A stretch of DNA of 64,000 nt, from NCBI GenBank assembly GCA_964016885.1, contig OZ024740.1, positions 378,944,001-379,008,000 of the forward strand, given 5' to 3'. Below, piece by piece: positions 41,811-55,017 of this stretch. The position numbers were made by a program, and so were the translations under genes. Positions within the stretch are counted from its first letter, which is position 1, and each line of letters starts with the position of its first letter. The DNA is from Eledone cirrhosa. Its lineage: Eukaryota. The notes beneath the pieces are model-generated. The model was given only the letters and a program-made list of their open reading frames with translations, was not told the origin of the DNA and did not search any database.

Positions 41811-43275
41811 TAATTGTTTCTACTTTTGGCACAAGGCCAGCAAATTGCCCAGTGCATTACTGGTACTTTATTTTATCGACCCCGTAAGGATGAAAGGCAA
41901 AGTTAACCTCGGCGGGATTTGAACTCAGAAATGAAAGGGCCATAACTCTATGCGTCAAAGCATAGCGTCCGACCCTCTACCGGTACTGCCAATCCACCGC
42001 CATAAATAGAGTTTCTACTTTTGGAACAAGGCCAGCGATTACCCCAGTGCACCACTGGTTCTTTATTTTATCGACCTCGTAAGGATGAAAGGCAAAGTTA
42101 ACCTCGGCGGATTTGAACTCAGAACGCAAAGGATGGTCTACAAATAATATCGTAAAATAATATCTGTTCTGTGTTGCTGCAACGTGATATAATCAGGATT
42201 ATATATTCGTGTATTATGTTCTGCTGACGACACCGTGTCTAGAATTAACCACTATTTGTTGCTACAATGGATTTAATCATGGTTTTCTTCGCATAACAGT
42301 CTGTGTAGAAATAACTGTCATTTGTTGGACGCACGTGTTAAAATAATTGTTTCTAAAATAGACAGAAGGACAGCGATTTTGGGTAAGGGAAAAGTCGATT
42401 AAATCGAATCAGTATGTGTCTGGTACTTTATATTCTCTACCTCGCAAGGATGAAAGGTAAAGTTGACCTCAGACGGATTTGCCCCCAGAGCGTAAAGTGC
42501 CGATACAAATATGACAAAGTGTTTGTCTAACACATTATCAATATTGTCAGTTCACCTCGCTTACAGGCGTGGGAATAATGATTTCTACCTTAGGTACAGT
42601 TTTGAGGGAGAAGAAAGTCGATTAAATCGACACCAGTACTTCACTGGTACATTTTACCAACTCCAGAAATTGGTGGGACTTGTACTCAAATCGTAAAGCA
42701 TCGTATAAATAATTGTTTCTATTTTTGGCACAAGGCCTGCAATTACCCAGTGCATTACTGGTACTTTATTTTATCGTCTCTGTAAGGATGAAAGGCAAAG
42801 TTAACCTCGGCATCGTATAAATAATGATTTGTGATTTAGGCACAAGGCTAACAATTTTAGGAGAGGGGAAAGTCGATCAAATCGACTCCCATTGCGTTAT
42901 TGGTACTTTATTTTATCGACCCAGTAATGATGAAAGGCAAATCTAACTTTGGAAGGATTTGAACTCAACGCATAGGGACGTAACTATACTCCACAAAACC
43001 TGTTGTCCAGCGCTTTTCCGATACTGCCAATCCATCACCCTATTGATATATCTAATATTGGTTTCTGTTTTAGGCACAAGGCCAACAATTCTGGAGGAAA
43101 GGAAAGTTGATCAAATCGATCACAGTGTGTTATTGGTAGTTATTTTATCGACCCAGTAATGATGAAAGACAAAGCTAACTTCGGCGGGATTTGAACTCAG
43201 AACGCATAGGGCCGTAACTATATGCCGCAAAGCATGTTGTCTGACGTTCTACCGATACTGCTATTCCATCACCCT
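41811..43275 (-). mobile_element. Cluster of ~7 co-oriented SINE S1 copies
   Basis: S1 blocks start near 41811, 42010, 42345, 42577, 42710, 42823 and 43058. Confidence 0.85.
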
Positions 43276-43680
43276 TTATGTGTTGAAATAATAATCACTG
43301 ACTGATTGAGAATTAATTAAATTAATTCATCCGCGAAACAAGCCGTGTGGTCGCTCTCTTATAGAGGAGCTAATAATGAGAGAGGAGAGATTCAATTTTA
43401 TCAGTTCCCCCATCTCCCCAATACGGGTTCTCCAGAGAACCAGGGGTGAATAAAAATAATGTTCGGAAGACGATATGAAGAGGCTGGATTGATACTATGA
43501 AGCCAACACACTGTAATGTTGTCAAACACGTCGAAACATTGTAATGGAAAATTTCCGAATAAATTGTTGTAAAAACCCATTTTGCATATTCATTTTTCAC
43601 GGCATATACTTCGCCAGGATCACCTGATGCAATCTACGACGCTTCAGGATGTTGAGTGCTTACCTCAGGATACTTTGAGA

Positions 43681-43753
<73 letters not shown>

Positions 43754-43975
43754 ATTTGTGTGTGATCCAATGTGTAGGGTATATATAATATATATATATA
43801 TATAATAAATACAATAACAGAGATAGTTTAAAGCTAATCTCTGACTGGTAACCATCTCACTCAACAAACATTAGGTTATATTTTAATATAAACCCAATTT
43901 AAGTGTTTGAGGTGCTAACAATATGTATTATGTGGAAAAGCCAGTTGTATTATTTTATGAGATATAATTAAAGTT

Positions 43976-44161
<186 letters not shown>

Positions 44162-44162
44162 A

Positions 44163-44284
44163 GTGAAGGCGTGTGGCTGAGTGGTTGGGAAATTGGATTC
44201 GCAATCGCAAGGTTGTGAGTTCGATTCCTAGACCAGGCAATGCGTTATGTCCTTGAGCAAGACACTTTATTTCACGTTGCTCCT
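44163..44284 (+). mobile_element. tRNA-derived SINE (family S2), 5' part
   Basis: A-box TGGCTGAGTGG and B-box GAGTTCGATTCC, followed by the SINE central-domain-like TGTCCTTGAGCAAGACACTTTA. There is no tRNA acceptor stem. Confidence 0.8.
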
Positions 44285-44398
44285 TCTACTTGGAGTTGCG
44301 ACCGATAGATAGTATTAGCAATTGGAAAGACCAACGGAAACATTGTTCCCTCGGTCCGATTTGACAAAAAAGTCGATCGTCCTTTAAATATATATGTG

Positions 44399-44471
<73 letters not shown>

Positions 44472-44483
44472 TTAATATAGATG

Positions 44484-44534
44484 AGATTCTACAGGACTAG
44501 AACTGTTTCATTCTTTAGAAATCATCAGGAATCT
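44484..44534 (-). ncRNA. Type I hammerhead ribozyme, canonical core (family HH-C)
   Basis: Minus strand reads AGATTC-CTGATGA-T TTC TAAA GAA T-GAAA-CAG TTCTAGTC CTG-TA^GAATCT: 6-bp stem I, short stem II, 4-bp stem III, GUA site. Confidence 0.8.
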
Positions 44535-44874
44535 ATGTATATATATATATATACATACATATATATGTGTGTGTGTGTGAACCAATGTGTAGTGGTTCAC
44601 ACATCTTTTTAACACGCAGAAAGGTCGTGAGTTCGAAACTCGCTCGATCCTATGTTACTATCGAATATATATATATATATATGGATATCGTCATACGGTC
44701 CCGGTGTCAATCTATCTGTAGTTTTCTTATATACCATTTTACCTTATTAATACAGATGTTAACTCACTGTAGACATCCATTCGAGATTCCCTCGACTCCA
44801 TATTATTCTCAGGTAAAATTTAGGACCGCGTTTACAGATAACCTATATGGTCACAAACACATATATTCACACAT

Positions 44875-46765
44875 GGTGGCTGCCAACTCGATTTCGAGTA
44901 CGGCCACTACTTTATATCCATGTAGGAGAACCCCTACCGAATCACTGAACGAGTGTGGCTTTTTAGTCCAGCCAGCGACTTGAAAACTCTGGTACAAACA
45001 CTACACTTGTGACAATTATTGACACTTAGTGCTGGGCCCATGGTACCATGTGACGACAAGTGCAGAGAGATCTCCAGATATAAAGCAATGCCTGTGCCGT
45101 GAAGCTTTTATAGTGAGCAAAGGCACTGCACAAAGCCAGTCCCACTCTCTTAACTAAGATGATATTTACCAAAAAGAAGAACAAGTCAACATCATTGGAT
45201 ACCATCAGGGTTGCAGGTGTTATATCAGAGTTTTCCTTCTCCTAGAATTCTGCCTTGAAAAATGCTAAGGGGTCATCTCTTCCGGTGATTTTGGATGGCC
45301 ATTGACTCTTAAGAGCTCCTTTGCCCTTTGACAGGTTTTGTTTTTAGTCCTGCAGGATGTCCAAAGTCACCCTCCTCACCAAGAAACCTTGGTGGGGTTG
45401 CCAGTTTAGTCGCCAACGACCCGACCATGACACAGGTTGTACTGGGATACATGTTACCAGTAACACCAAGTGGTGACCTGACATACATACATATATACAT
45501 ACATACATACTTATAAAGATACATACATGCATACATGGTGGCTTCCAACTCGTTTTCGAGTACAGCCACTACTTTATATTCATGTAGGAGAACCCCTACC
45601 GATGCGCTGAACGAGTGTGACTTTTTAGTCCAGCCAGCGACTTGAAAACTCTGGTACAAACACTACACTTGTGACAATTATTGACACTTAGTGCTGGGCC
45701 CATGGTATCATGTGACGACAAGTGCAGGGAGATCTCCAGATATAAAGCAATGCCTGTGCCGTGAAGCTTTTATAGTGAGCAAAGGCACTGCACAAAGCCA
45801 GTCCCACTCTCTTAACCAAGATGATATTTACCAAAAAGAAGAACAAGTCAACATCATTGGATACCATCAGAGTTGCAGGTGTTATATCAGAGTTTTCCTT
45901 CTAGAATTCTGCCTTGACAAAGGCTAAGGGGTCATCTCTCCCGGTGATTTTGGATGGCGATTGACTCTTAAGAGCTCCTTTGCCCTTTGACAGGTCACCA
46001 GTTGGTGCTACTGGTAACATGTATCCCAGTACAACCTGTCTCATGGTCGGGTCGTTGGCGACTAAACTGGCAACCCCACCAAGGTTTCTTGGTGAGGAGG
46101 GTGACTTTGGACATCCTGCAGGACTAAAAAAAAAAAAAAACCTGTCACATACATACATACATACATGGTGGTGGCTGCCAACTCGTTTCGAGTACGGCCA
46201 CTACTTTATATCCATGTAGGAGAACCCCTACTGATGCGCTAAACGAGTGTGACTTTTCAGTCCAGCCAGCAACTTGAAAACTCGGGTACAAACACTACAC
46301 TTGTGACAATTATTGACACATAGTGCTGGGCCCATGGTACCATGTCACGACAAGTGCAGAGAGATCTCCAGATACAAAGCAATGCCTGTGCCGCGAAGCT
46401 TTTATAGTGAGCAAAGGCACTGCACAAAGCCAGTCCCACTCTCTTAACCAAGATGATATTTACCAAAAAGAAGAACAAGTCAACATCATTGGATACCATC
46501 AGAGTTGCAGGTGTTATATCAGAGTTTTCCTTCTCCTAGAATTCTGCCTTGACAAAGGCTAAGGGGTCATATCTCCCGGTGATTTTGGATGGCCATTGAC
46601 TCTTAAGAGCTCCTTTGCCCTTTGACAGGTTTTGTTTTTAGTCCTGCAGGATGTCCAAAGTGACCCTCCTCACCAAGCAACCTTGGTGGAGTTGCCAGTT
46701 TAGTCGCCAACGACCCGACCATGAGACAGGTTGTACTGGGATACATGTTACTAGTAGCACCGACT
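44875..46765 (-). mobile_element. Tandem array of three ~600-bp bipartite RTE-derived non-autonomous retroelements separated by (CATA)n
   Basis: Copies at 44875-45482, 45537-46147 and 46167-46765. On the minus strand each has a structured 5' end, the RTE-like CTAGGAGAAGGAAAACTCTGA motif, C2H2 finger codons, a 3' stem-loop GTGGC..CTCG AAA CGAG..GCCAC and an (ATGT)n tail. Confidence 0.78.
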
Positions 46766-46847
46766 ACATACATACATACATACATACATACATACATACA
46801 TACATACATACATACATACATACATACATACATACATACATACATAC

Positions 46848-49800
46848 AGTGTCCGATAATCGGACGTGTGTAATTACGGCTTACATGAAGGCAACATACC
46901 ATATATTGGAAAAAGTTGAGCTACATTACGCGGTAAGATGACATACAATAATTCTACATAAGTGTTTCAACTGTAAGTGTGTTGTAAAACACCTATTTAT
47001 ATGAACGATAGATACACTTATGATATATGAACGATACATGCACTTTAACATATAAATGTAACGTTGTTATATTACATTTATAAAGAAATATACAAGTAAC
47101 GTTTTCGATTCAGAAACAAAAACATAAGTGTTTGAACTGTGAATATGTTGTGAATAGGTTGTAAAACACCTATTTATATGAATGATACATAAACTTAACA
47201 TATAAATACAGCGTTGTTATATTATATTACATTCATAAAGAAATATACTAAGTAACGGTTCTTTTTGTTCTCGATTCAAACGATTCAAGAACAACGTTTA
47301 AAACACAGTTGTAGAATTAAAAACTAACTGAAAAGAAATATTACCCAAGCTGTGAATAACTTTAAATTTGATTCTGACAGAACTTTGTCGAAACTTTTAA
47401 AGAAGATCATCGACTATTTTGAAAAATAAATACGAAATATTAGTGAATAGACGAACTCATCATGGCAAAAAGTACAAGTCTCCTTCGACCAAATAGCAAC
47501 TACAACCGTTGTATACATTGGAGCTACGAGCTTAACAAAGTATTATATGAAGCATACAAACAATCTGAACCCCAAAAGTTCGGTTTTATGCAAAGGCTAA
47601 ACACTTTATGGAACTCTAAACACCCAGAATTAGACTTTTCTCCAAAGCATTTAAATGAACAGGCTAAACGTATCATTAGATGTAAATTGATACATCTAAC
47701 GGAATTGAGTGATACTACAAATACAGCCCTTGTAGACAACCATCCCACCTCCACTGACAGACAAAGAGAATGGCCAGCTAAATCTAACAGTGAACAGCTC
47801 ACCAACAATTTTGCTGAAATCCATCCCACTTCCACTGAAGAACAGCGAGAATGGTCAGCTAATTCTAGTAGTAATTGTCACCACATCAACAACGAGGCTG
47901 AAATTCATGACTCTACTGAACAAACAGAGCACCAAAAACTTGTGGACACCCTACAAGTGATATGGAACGATATGTTTCAAGAGATACACAGCCTTAATGT
48001 GAGTGACAGACCATACAACACTAGAGTCAGTAAAGAACCCACTAAATTGGAATTGGAAGCGGTGAACGAAATAGCTGGCAATTATCTGAAGGCTATACGA
48101 TCTAAAGGTGTAGAAATGACATGACATTTGAAACGCTTAATGTTTTGTTATATGTTTCAGCTGTCACATTACTATCATATAACACACATCTAAAACCACG
48201 CAATCAAGATACAAACAGAAAGCCTGAACCAGCGTGGATGCGAAATTTAAAAACCAAAATTTTGTCCCTGAGACGAAGTATCTCACACATCGCAGTCGTT
48301 ATGAAATGCAACATAGAGAGCAACTTCACACGACACCAGGAAGACCTAAAAAAAAAGTTAGAGAGACGATTTGGAGATACAAAATTTAAAACTTTGAACT
48401 CCAAATTACACCAGTTGAAACAACAACTCACAGCTACAACAGAAATACTAAAATATAGGTCAACAGCACATAAACGACAAGTGCTAAATAGATTGTTTGC
48501 CAGAGATCCTAAATCAGTTTATCGCAGCTTCGGTGGCAAAAGCTCAATCTCTGTAAACGACACCCATACAAAAGAACAGGTTGAGAGCTACTGGAGATCT
48601 GTATGGGAAACGGATGACGGATTCAACAGACAAACTAATTGGCTAAAAGAACTGGCACAGGACTACTGCCAACATGTCCAGACAAAAAAATATGACATAG
48701 ATGGGTCAATACTGGAAACAGCTCTACGGAAAATGTCGAATAGGAAATCGCCAGGCCCAGACCTCATTACAGGATACTGGTTGAAGAATTTCACTTTCTA
48801 TCGGCAAGATCTCATACGGCTGTTTACAGAAACCATTAAAGGCACACAAGAACTGCCCAGATGGTTATCAACTGCCACTACTCTCCTCATTCCCCAAAAT
48901 AGCCAAACCACCCTTGCTAAAAATGACCGCCCAATAGCCTGCCAAAACATCATGTATAAATTATATACTGGGTGCCTTAACCTGTTCTTACAGGATCACT
49001 GTGCTACCAACAACATCATAACACCTGAGCAAGCTGGTGGAAAGAGGGAGGTGTGGGGTTGCATTGATCACCTACTAACTAACAAAATGATTCAGGAAAA
49101 AACAACAAAGAATCGCAGAAACATGACTGTGGTGTGGCTGGACTATCAAAAAGCATTTGATAGTGTACCTCATGGTTGGATTATTAAGGCTTTACAGTTA
49201 GCTAAAGTCCCACAACCATTGGTAGCTGCTGTTGAACGCCTGACCAAGAACTGGTACACCAATTTGATCCTTAGAGGTGAGAAGGAGCAAGTTAAGACTG
49301 ATAAGATACATTACCAGAAGGGCATCTTTCAAGGTGATAGCTTGTCAGTGCTACTCTTCGTTCTCTCACTGAATCCACTATCTTACCTACTCAGGAAACA
49401 AGGTGGACAAAGAAGTGGGCCCAGAAGTATCTCCCATCTTTTCTTTGTTGATGACCTGAAGTTGTATGGGCCAAATATCAATGACATCAAGAAACAATTG
49501 GACCTCATTACACAATTTTCAACCGACATCAAAATGAAATTTGGTGAGTCCAAGTGTGCATATTTGGCAGTAAAATATGGAAGAGCTGTGCCCTTCTCTA
49601 AAAATCTAGAGATGAACGGCCTGACAATACAACCTCTACATTCAGGTGACAACTACAGATATCTTGGACAGGATGAGAATGTCAGATATGATGGACCTAT
49701 AAATAAGGAGAGAAGCAGAACTGGTCATCAGAACTGGTCATCAGAACTTATGCTGTGCCAATTCTAACGCCAACATTTGGCCTGCTGAACTGGTCATTGC

Positions 49801-50970
49801 AAGAACTAAGTGAGATGGATGTAAGAACTCGAAAACTTCTCAGTGTTACTGGGAACTTTAACATCGATGGTGATGTGGATAGGCTATACTTCTCACGCAA
49901 GGAAGGTGGCCGGGGTCTAAAATCAATATTAACAACATATAAGACACGGATAGTAACACTGAAGCAACACCTTCAACAGAGGAAAAACGTTGGCAACCAT
50001 CTTGCCGAGGTTTATGAGCATGAAAAAAAAAATATCATTAGAAAAGCGACTGATCTGGAGGAGAGATATGGAATAAAGCCTGATATAAATCTTTCACCCA
50101 GAGAAATCGGAAGATCCTATTCAATGTTCAAACAAGATAAAAAAATTGACCAAGTTACAGAAAAAGTTGTGCATGGATACTTGAGGCGTAAAACACAGAC
50201 CATAGAGGGGATAAACCACTCAAAAAGCCTGGCATGGAGTTCCGACAAGTTTATGACATCACACATTGAGGGATATCTCTATGCAATACAGGAACAAGAA
50301 CTCCCTACCAAATATCTGCTGCACAATGTAAAACAAAGATCGAGGATGTAAGCCACATTGTTGCCAGCTGCGAAAGAATGTCATCTCGCTACTACCCCCA
50401 CATGAGACACGCTGGGATAGCTAGAATCATCTGGAACGCACTTCGGAAAACAAAATTAACAACAAACGTGGAAGAATATATTGAGACAGATGGCACTAAG
50501 GAATACTGGTGGAACCTGAAAATAAAAACTGCCACCAAATTAACGCACAACCGGCCTGATATTGTTGTTTGGGACCACACATTGAAAACGTGTTCTGTTG
50601 TGGAGATCAGCTGCCCACTTGATGTAAACGTTGTCAGAAAAATACAGGAGAAGGAGGACATCTACGGACCATTGATGAGGAGTTTACAAATCCAGTATCC
50701 AAGATACACCTTTAGCTTCATACCCATCATTATTGGAGCTACGGGTTATATACCAACCCGCTCGGACCAAAGTATGACTGAACTTGGATTTGCGGACAAA
50801 AAGCGCAGCTCCCTAATTCTTAGTCTACAAATGGCTGCGATAGCTGGCACCTTCAAAATTTGCAAAACATTCTTGCGATTCAAGGGATGACAATTTCTTT
50901 TCTTTTACAACCTTGCCACCAGGAAGGTGGCCGGTCAAAAAATATACTCGAAATTAAGAGAAAGAGATAA
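46848..50970 (+). mobile_element. R4/Dong-type non-LTR retrotransposon (RT + restriction-like endonuclease), near full length, inside (CATA)n
   Basis: Single-ORF architecture. (CATA)n tracts lie on both flanks (46765-46847 and 50971-51214). The 5' UTR contains an internal ~170-bp duplication. Confidence 0.88.
47462..50890 (+). pseudogene. R4/Dong-like polyprotein, frameshifted
   Basis: N-terminal WSYELNKVLYEAY..GFMQRL..W; RT motifs KSPGPD, WLDYQKAFDSVPH, GIFQGDSLS, HLFFVDDLKLY and YRYLG; partial CCHC (C..EDVSHIVASC); RLE motif NRPDIVVWD..VEISCP..K. Lesions include an ATGAC duplication at ~48116, a 13-bp duplication with deletion at ~49720 and a deletion at ~50320. Confidence 0.92.
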
Positions 50971-51661
50971 CATACATACATACATACATACATACATACA
51001 TACATACATACATACATACATACATACATACATACATACATGCATGCATGCATGCATACATACATATATAGATACATACATGCACACATACATACATACA
51101 TACATACATACATACATACATACATGCATACATACATGCATACATGCATACATGCATACATGCATACATGCATGCATACATACATACATGAAACATACAT
51201 GCATACATACATGCAAGTAGAGAATTACCAGGCTACCATTTTTTGCGTTTATTAATTGATTTAGCTATTTGTGAAGACCAAATCATGAATTTCTTTTTAC
51301 ACCCAAAGGTATTAAAGTCAATACGTATTTGCAGAGGAAAAAGATTTATAGTAAAAAAAAGAACGGGTTGTTCGTGTAAGAAAGAAATTGATTTGAAATA
51401 TGAGGTGTGAATTTGTTTGTTAATGGCAATTGAGAACGAAGCATAAACGGAAGCTAACAAACTCGTTAGCTTTGGAAATGATAGGCTGTCATCTTCTTTT
51501 TAATATGGACTTGTTTAGAGTTAGATATGATTTGCTTACTGAAATCAGGTTTCCTTATTCGTGGGACTTAAGCATATATCATCGATTCTGGTTTCTCATT
51601 ACATTTTCTAGTTAAAGTTTTTCCTATTAATTTTACCACACCCTCATACACATACATGCAC

Positions 51662-51723
<62 letters not shown>

Positions 51724-51807
51724 CCTATCTCTCTCTCCCTCTCACATGCATGTGTGCGCGCACACGTACGCACACTATACGATTAGCATTTTTATTATTT
51801 TCATATG

Positions 51808-52243
51808 AAGGTGGCGAATCATTAGAGCGCCGGACAAATGGTTAGTATTTTTTACTGGTTATTTACGTTCTGAGTTCAAATGTCACCGAAGTTAACTTTG
51901 CTTATACATTCCTCCAGGGTCAATAATAGAACGTACCAGGCGAGTACTGCAGCCGATTTAATCAATCTTGCCTTCTCCTAAATTTCTGGTCTTGTGCTTA
52001 ATTTAGAAACCATTACCTGCATATGTGAAGGTAGTGAATTGGGAGAGTCGTTAGAATGTCGGACAAGTGCTATGTAGCATTTGCTCAGTCTCGTTAAGTT
52101 CTGAGGTCAAATCCAACCGAAGTCACCTTGTCTTTCACCCTTCCATGGTCGATGAAATAAAGAACCAGTAATGTAGTGGGTCAGTATAATTGAATTTTCC
52201 CTTTTTCTAAATTGCTGGCCTTGTTCGCAAATTAGAAAACATT
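51808..52243 (+). mobile_element. Two diverged SINE S1 copies in tandem
   Basis: GAAGGTGGCGAA / GAAGGTAGTGAA heads, B-box-like CTGAGTTCAAAT, the S1 core and TTAGAAAC.ATTA tails. Confidence 0.7.
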
Positions 52244-54489
52244 ATTTTCATTGTGCACCAGTGGTTGTAATTATACACATGCATATGTGAGTGCGCGAGT
52301 ATTTGTATTTGTTTAAAAGTAGGAAATTTCATGGAAGTTTGGTGTTGTTAAAGATATCCTGCATAATCTACACGTGTGATTGGAATAGTAAAGATTCGTC
52401 TCCGCATTCTCTTTACTGCCTTCTCGAAAAGGATTCATTGGAGTTTTATCTTGTGAGAAGCAGTTCCTTATATAATACATGACCACCTGTATTCAGTGTC
52501 TGATTAGAATATATATAATCTTTGTAGTGTCAATCCTGTCAGGAATTTCAAAAATTCTTATTAAAGTTGTTGTAAATAAGCAAATATGCAACTCATCTCA
52601 GCAGCAACAGAACGAAATGATTTTTAGAGTGAATATAGTCGATTGAATGGGCTTCCTCTATTTGACTGATATTTGGTTTATACAAGAAGAACATTTAGTT
52701 TGACTCTCTAGCACTACTACGTCACCACAATATTTTCGTAGGTTGTAATGAGAGTTTGATATCTTACTACCGAGCTGAATTGATACACACCCACACATTT
52801 TATAAACACCAACCCATCAGTGGTGGTTTTATTATCAATGAGTTACAATACACATGATTACAATCGTATTTAACTGACATTTATATATCCGTCTATTGAA
52901 AATAAAAAAAGAATGTAATGGAAAATATTGATTTAAAACCATTTAAAATGAGTTATTTGCAAAATACGTCTAGCTCTGGCTATGTTGTTAGATCAACATA
53001 ATATCTTGATTTTTAAGAATGGTATTTCACAGTTGGTAATATATTTTATGGGTTTATCAATTTTAAGTGGTCGAAGCACACATTTTCAACTCATACTTTA
53101 AATATTGTAATAATGATAAATTATATATGCCATGAAACTGTTCAGCAGCTTCTCCAAGTCCATTAATTGGCTGAAATTGCACGATACAGAATTTCAACTC
53201 AGTTACTTTTTAAAGACGGATATTTATGAATACAAGTACACACAGCGTTATTCAAGTGAAATAAATATACAATGTATTACGGAGTTATGTATGAAACTTC
53301 ATTGATTTGATCTTTAGATATCTATATATTATGAGTATGCTGTAGACACTATGTATGCCTACACCAAAATAGCTATGAAAACTTATGATGAGTTAGGCTG
53401 CTGATTTGAGTAGTGTGACGGTTTCAGAAACTGGTTATCGATCAGATAGTTGATTGTTTGGTACGGAATTAGCGACTGGTTGCAGAAACAATTCCGTCTT
53501 CCGGATAGTGAAAAAATTCTAGTTGCATTCTAGCAGAGTGGTAAATGTTGCATTAGGTATTTACTTGTCTATTAGTGACAAGGACACAGTCACCACTAAA
53601 TAATAGATAACCGTTATTCTATTGTTACTGAATGTTACCTGTATCTACTAGGTCTAAGGTTATCTACACTATTGTCTACATTGAAAATTAAGATGTCAAT
53701 CAGAACCAAGAACAGTTATAAAAGCCAACGGAACACAGGCATTCTTTGCTTTGTGCCTATAGAAAAAGAAAATGAATCGGACAGTTAATTTACTGTTCTC
53801 ATGAAAGGATAGCGTTTCTTCAATCATTTTATTAGAAACAAACCCAAATTTGTCGTTCAGTTCAATAAACATCACGTATAAGACATTTTTTTCTCTGAGC
53901 GTGTTTTTGTTCTGGCGTAGATTGTATGTCACTATCTAAATGCACTTTGACACACCAAGTAAACGGTGATTTTGAGATAATAAACATACAAAACAGACGA
54001 GAAAATACTTTTCACATATAGGCACATTACAGAAATATATTAAATATATTCCAACGGCTAAGGGAGACTTTCGTTTCACTGTAAAAAATACAAAATAAGC
54101 ATTTGAGATGTCTGACTAAATGAACGCTTCTGCTGCTAAATATTTAAGCCCAGGAAGTTATCTTCATCGAGTGCTATTAGGCCTGTGTTATAGCTAGCTG
54201 AACATTCTAAATCAGAAGAAGAATGCCTGTGCAAAAATCCCTTCTCTTTACTGAGCTGATATCAAATTTTGTTACACAAATATCCATAAAGTTGAAATAA
54301 AATTTAATTATATTAATATCAATACCTTTCTGAAGATTTCTAGTCTCTCAAAACTAGTTATCTAGAATTTTGTAAAGGCGTTTCTGTGTCATATTTCTCC
54401 AAATTCTATATCAACAATACAGATGAAGAAAATATCACAGTAAATTCAAATCTTTAGATAAACTGGAATTTTCTAAGAAATTAGTATAC

Positions 54490-54870
54490 CCACGGCGATG
54501 AGTTTGTTTTGCAAGGTTTTTGATATGAAATTGTGTGTTGAAACAAATATTGTTGTATTTGGGGAGGATCATGTTGTTATAATATTGTCAGAAATATTTA
54601 ATAAAACACACTCACCATTTGGTTCGGGTTGGCTTTCGCTTCAGTATATATTGTATCCCTACAAGTTAAAAATATAGATATCTATATTTTTAACTGTTGG
54701 TCAATCAATGATACACATTGATTGCCAGCTAAATTAACTATAGGGATACAACATATACTGAATCAAAAACCAACCCAAACCAAACAGTGAGTGTGTTTTA
54801 TTATATATTTCTGACAATATTATAACATGACCCTCCCCGAAAATAACAATATTAGTAAACACAATTTTCC
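54490..54870. mobile_element. Fold-back element with ~135-bp imperfect inverted arms and a central perfect palindrome
   Basis: 54529-54661 pairs with 54740-54868. AGTTAAAAATATAGATATCTATATTTTTAACT lies at ~54664-54695. A rearranged homologue occurs at ~40160-40265. Confidence 0.7.
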
Positions 54871-54954
54871 TCTGAGGGTGTTTATAATAATAAAAACAAG
54901 TAAAGGAGTTACTTCAGCTACATTGTTGATATGCCACTATATTACATCTATTTC

Positions 54955-55015
<61 letters not shown>

Positions 55016-55017
<2 letters not shown>

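Noticed and set aside
44163-44240. tRNA gene
   Set aside because: A and B boxes are present, but there is no acceptor stem and it runs into a SINE body. The same applies to the S1 heads.
45360-45482. HDV-like ribozyme at the 5' end of the RTE-derived element
   Set aside because: A P1-like helix with a G.U pair exists, but P3/L3, P1.1 and J4/2 could not be placed.
47368-47410. Hammerhead-like GACA/TGTC-GAAA-CTTTTAAAG in the R4 5' UTR
   Set aside because: There is no CUGANGA spacing, U16.1 is missing and stem I is absent.
54866-54910. CTGAGGG...AAAACAAGTA as a hammerhead
   Set aside because: Both A9 and G12 are substituted; too degenerate to call.
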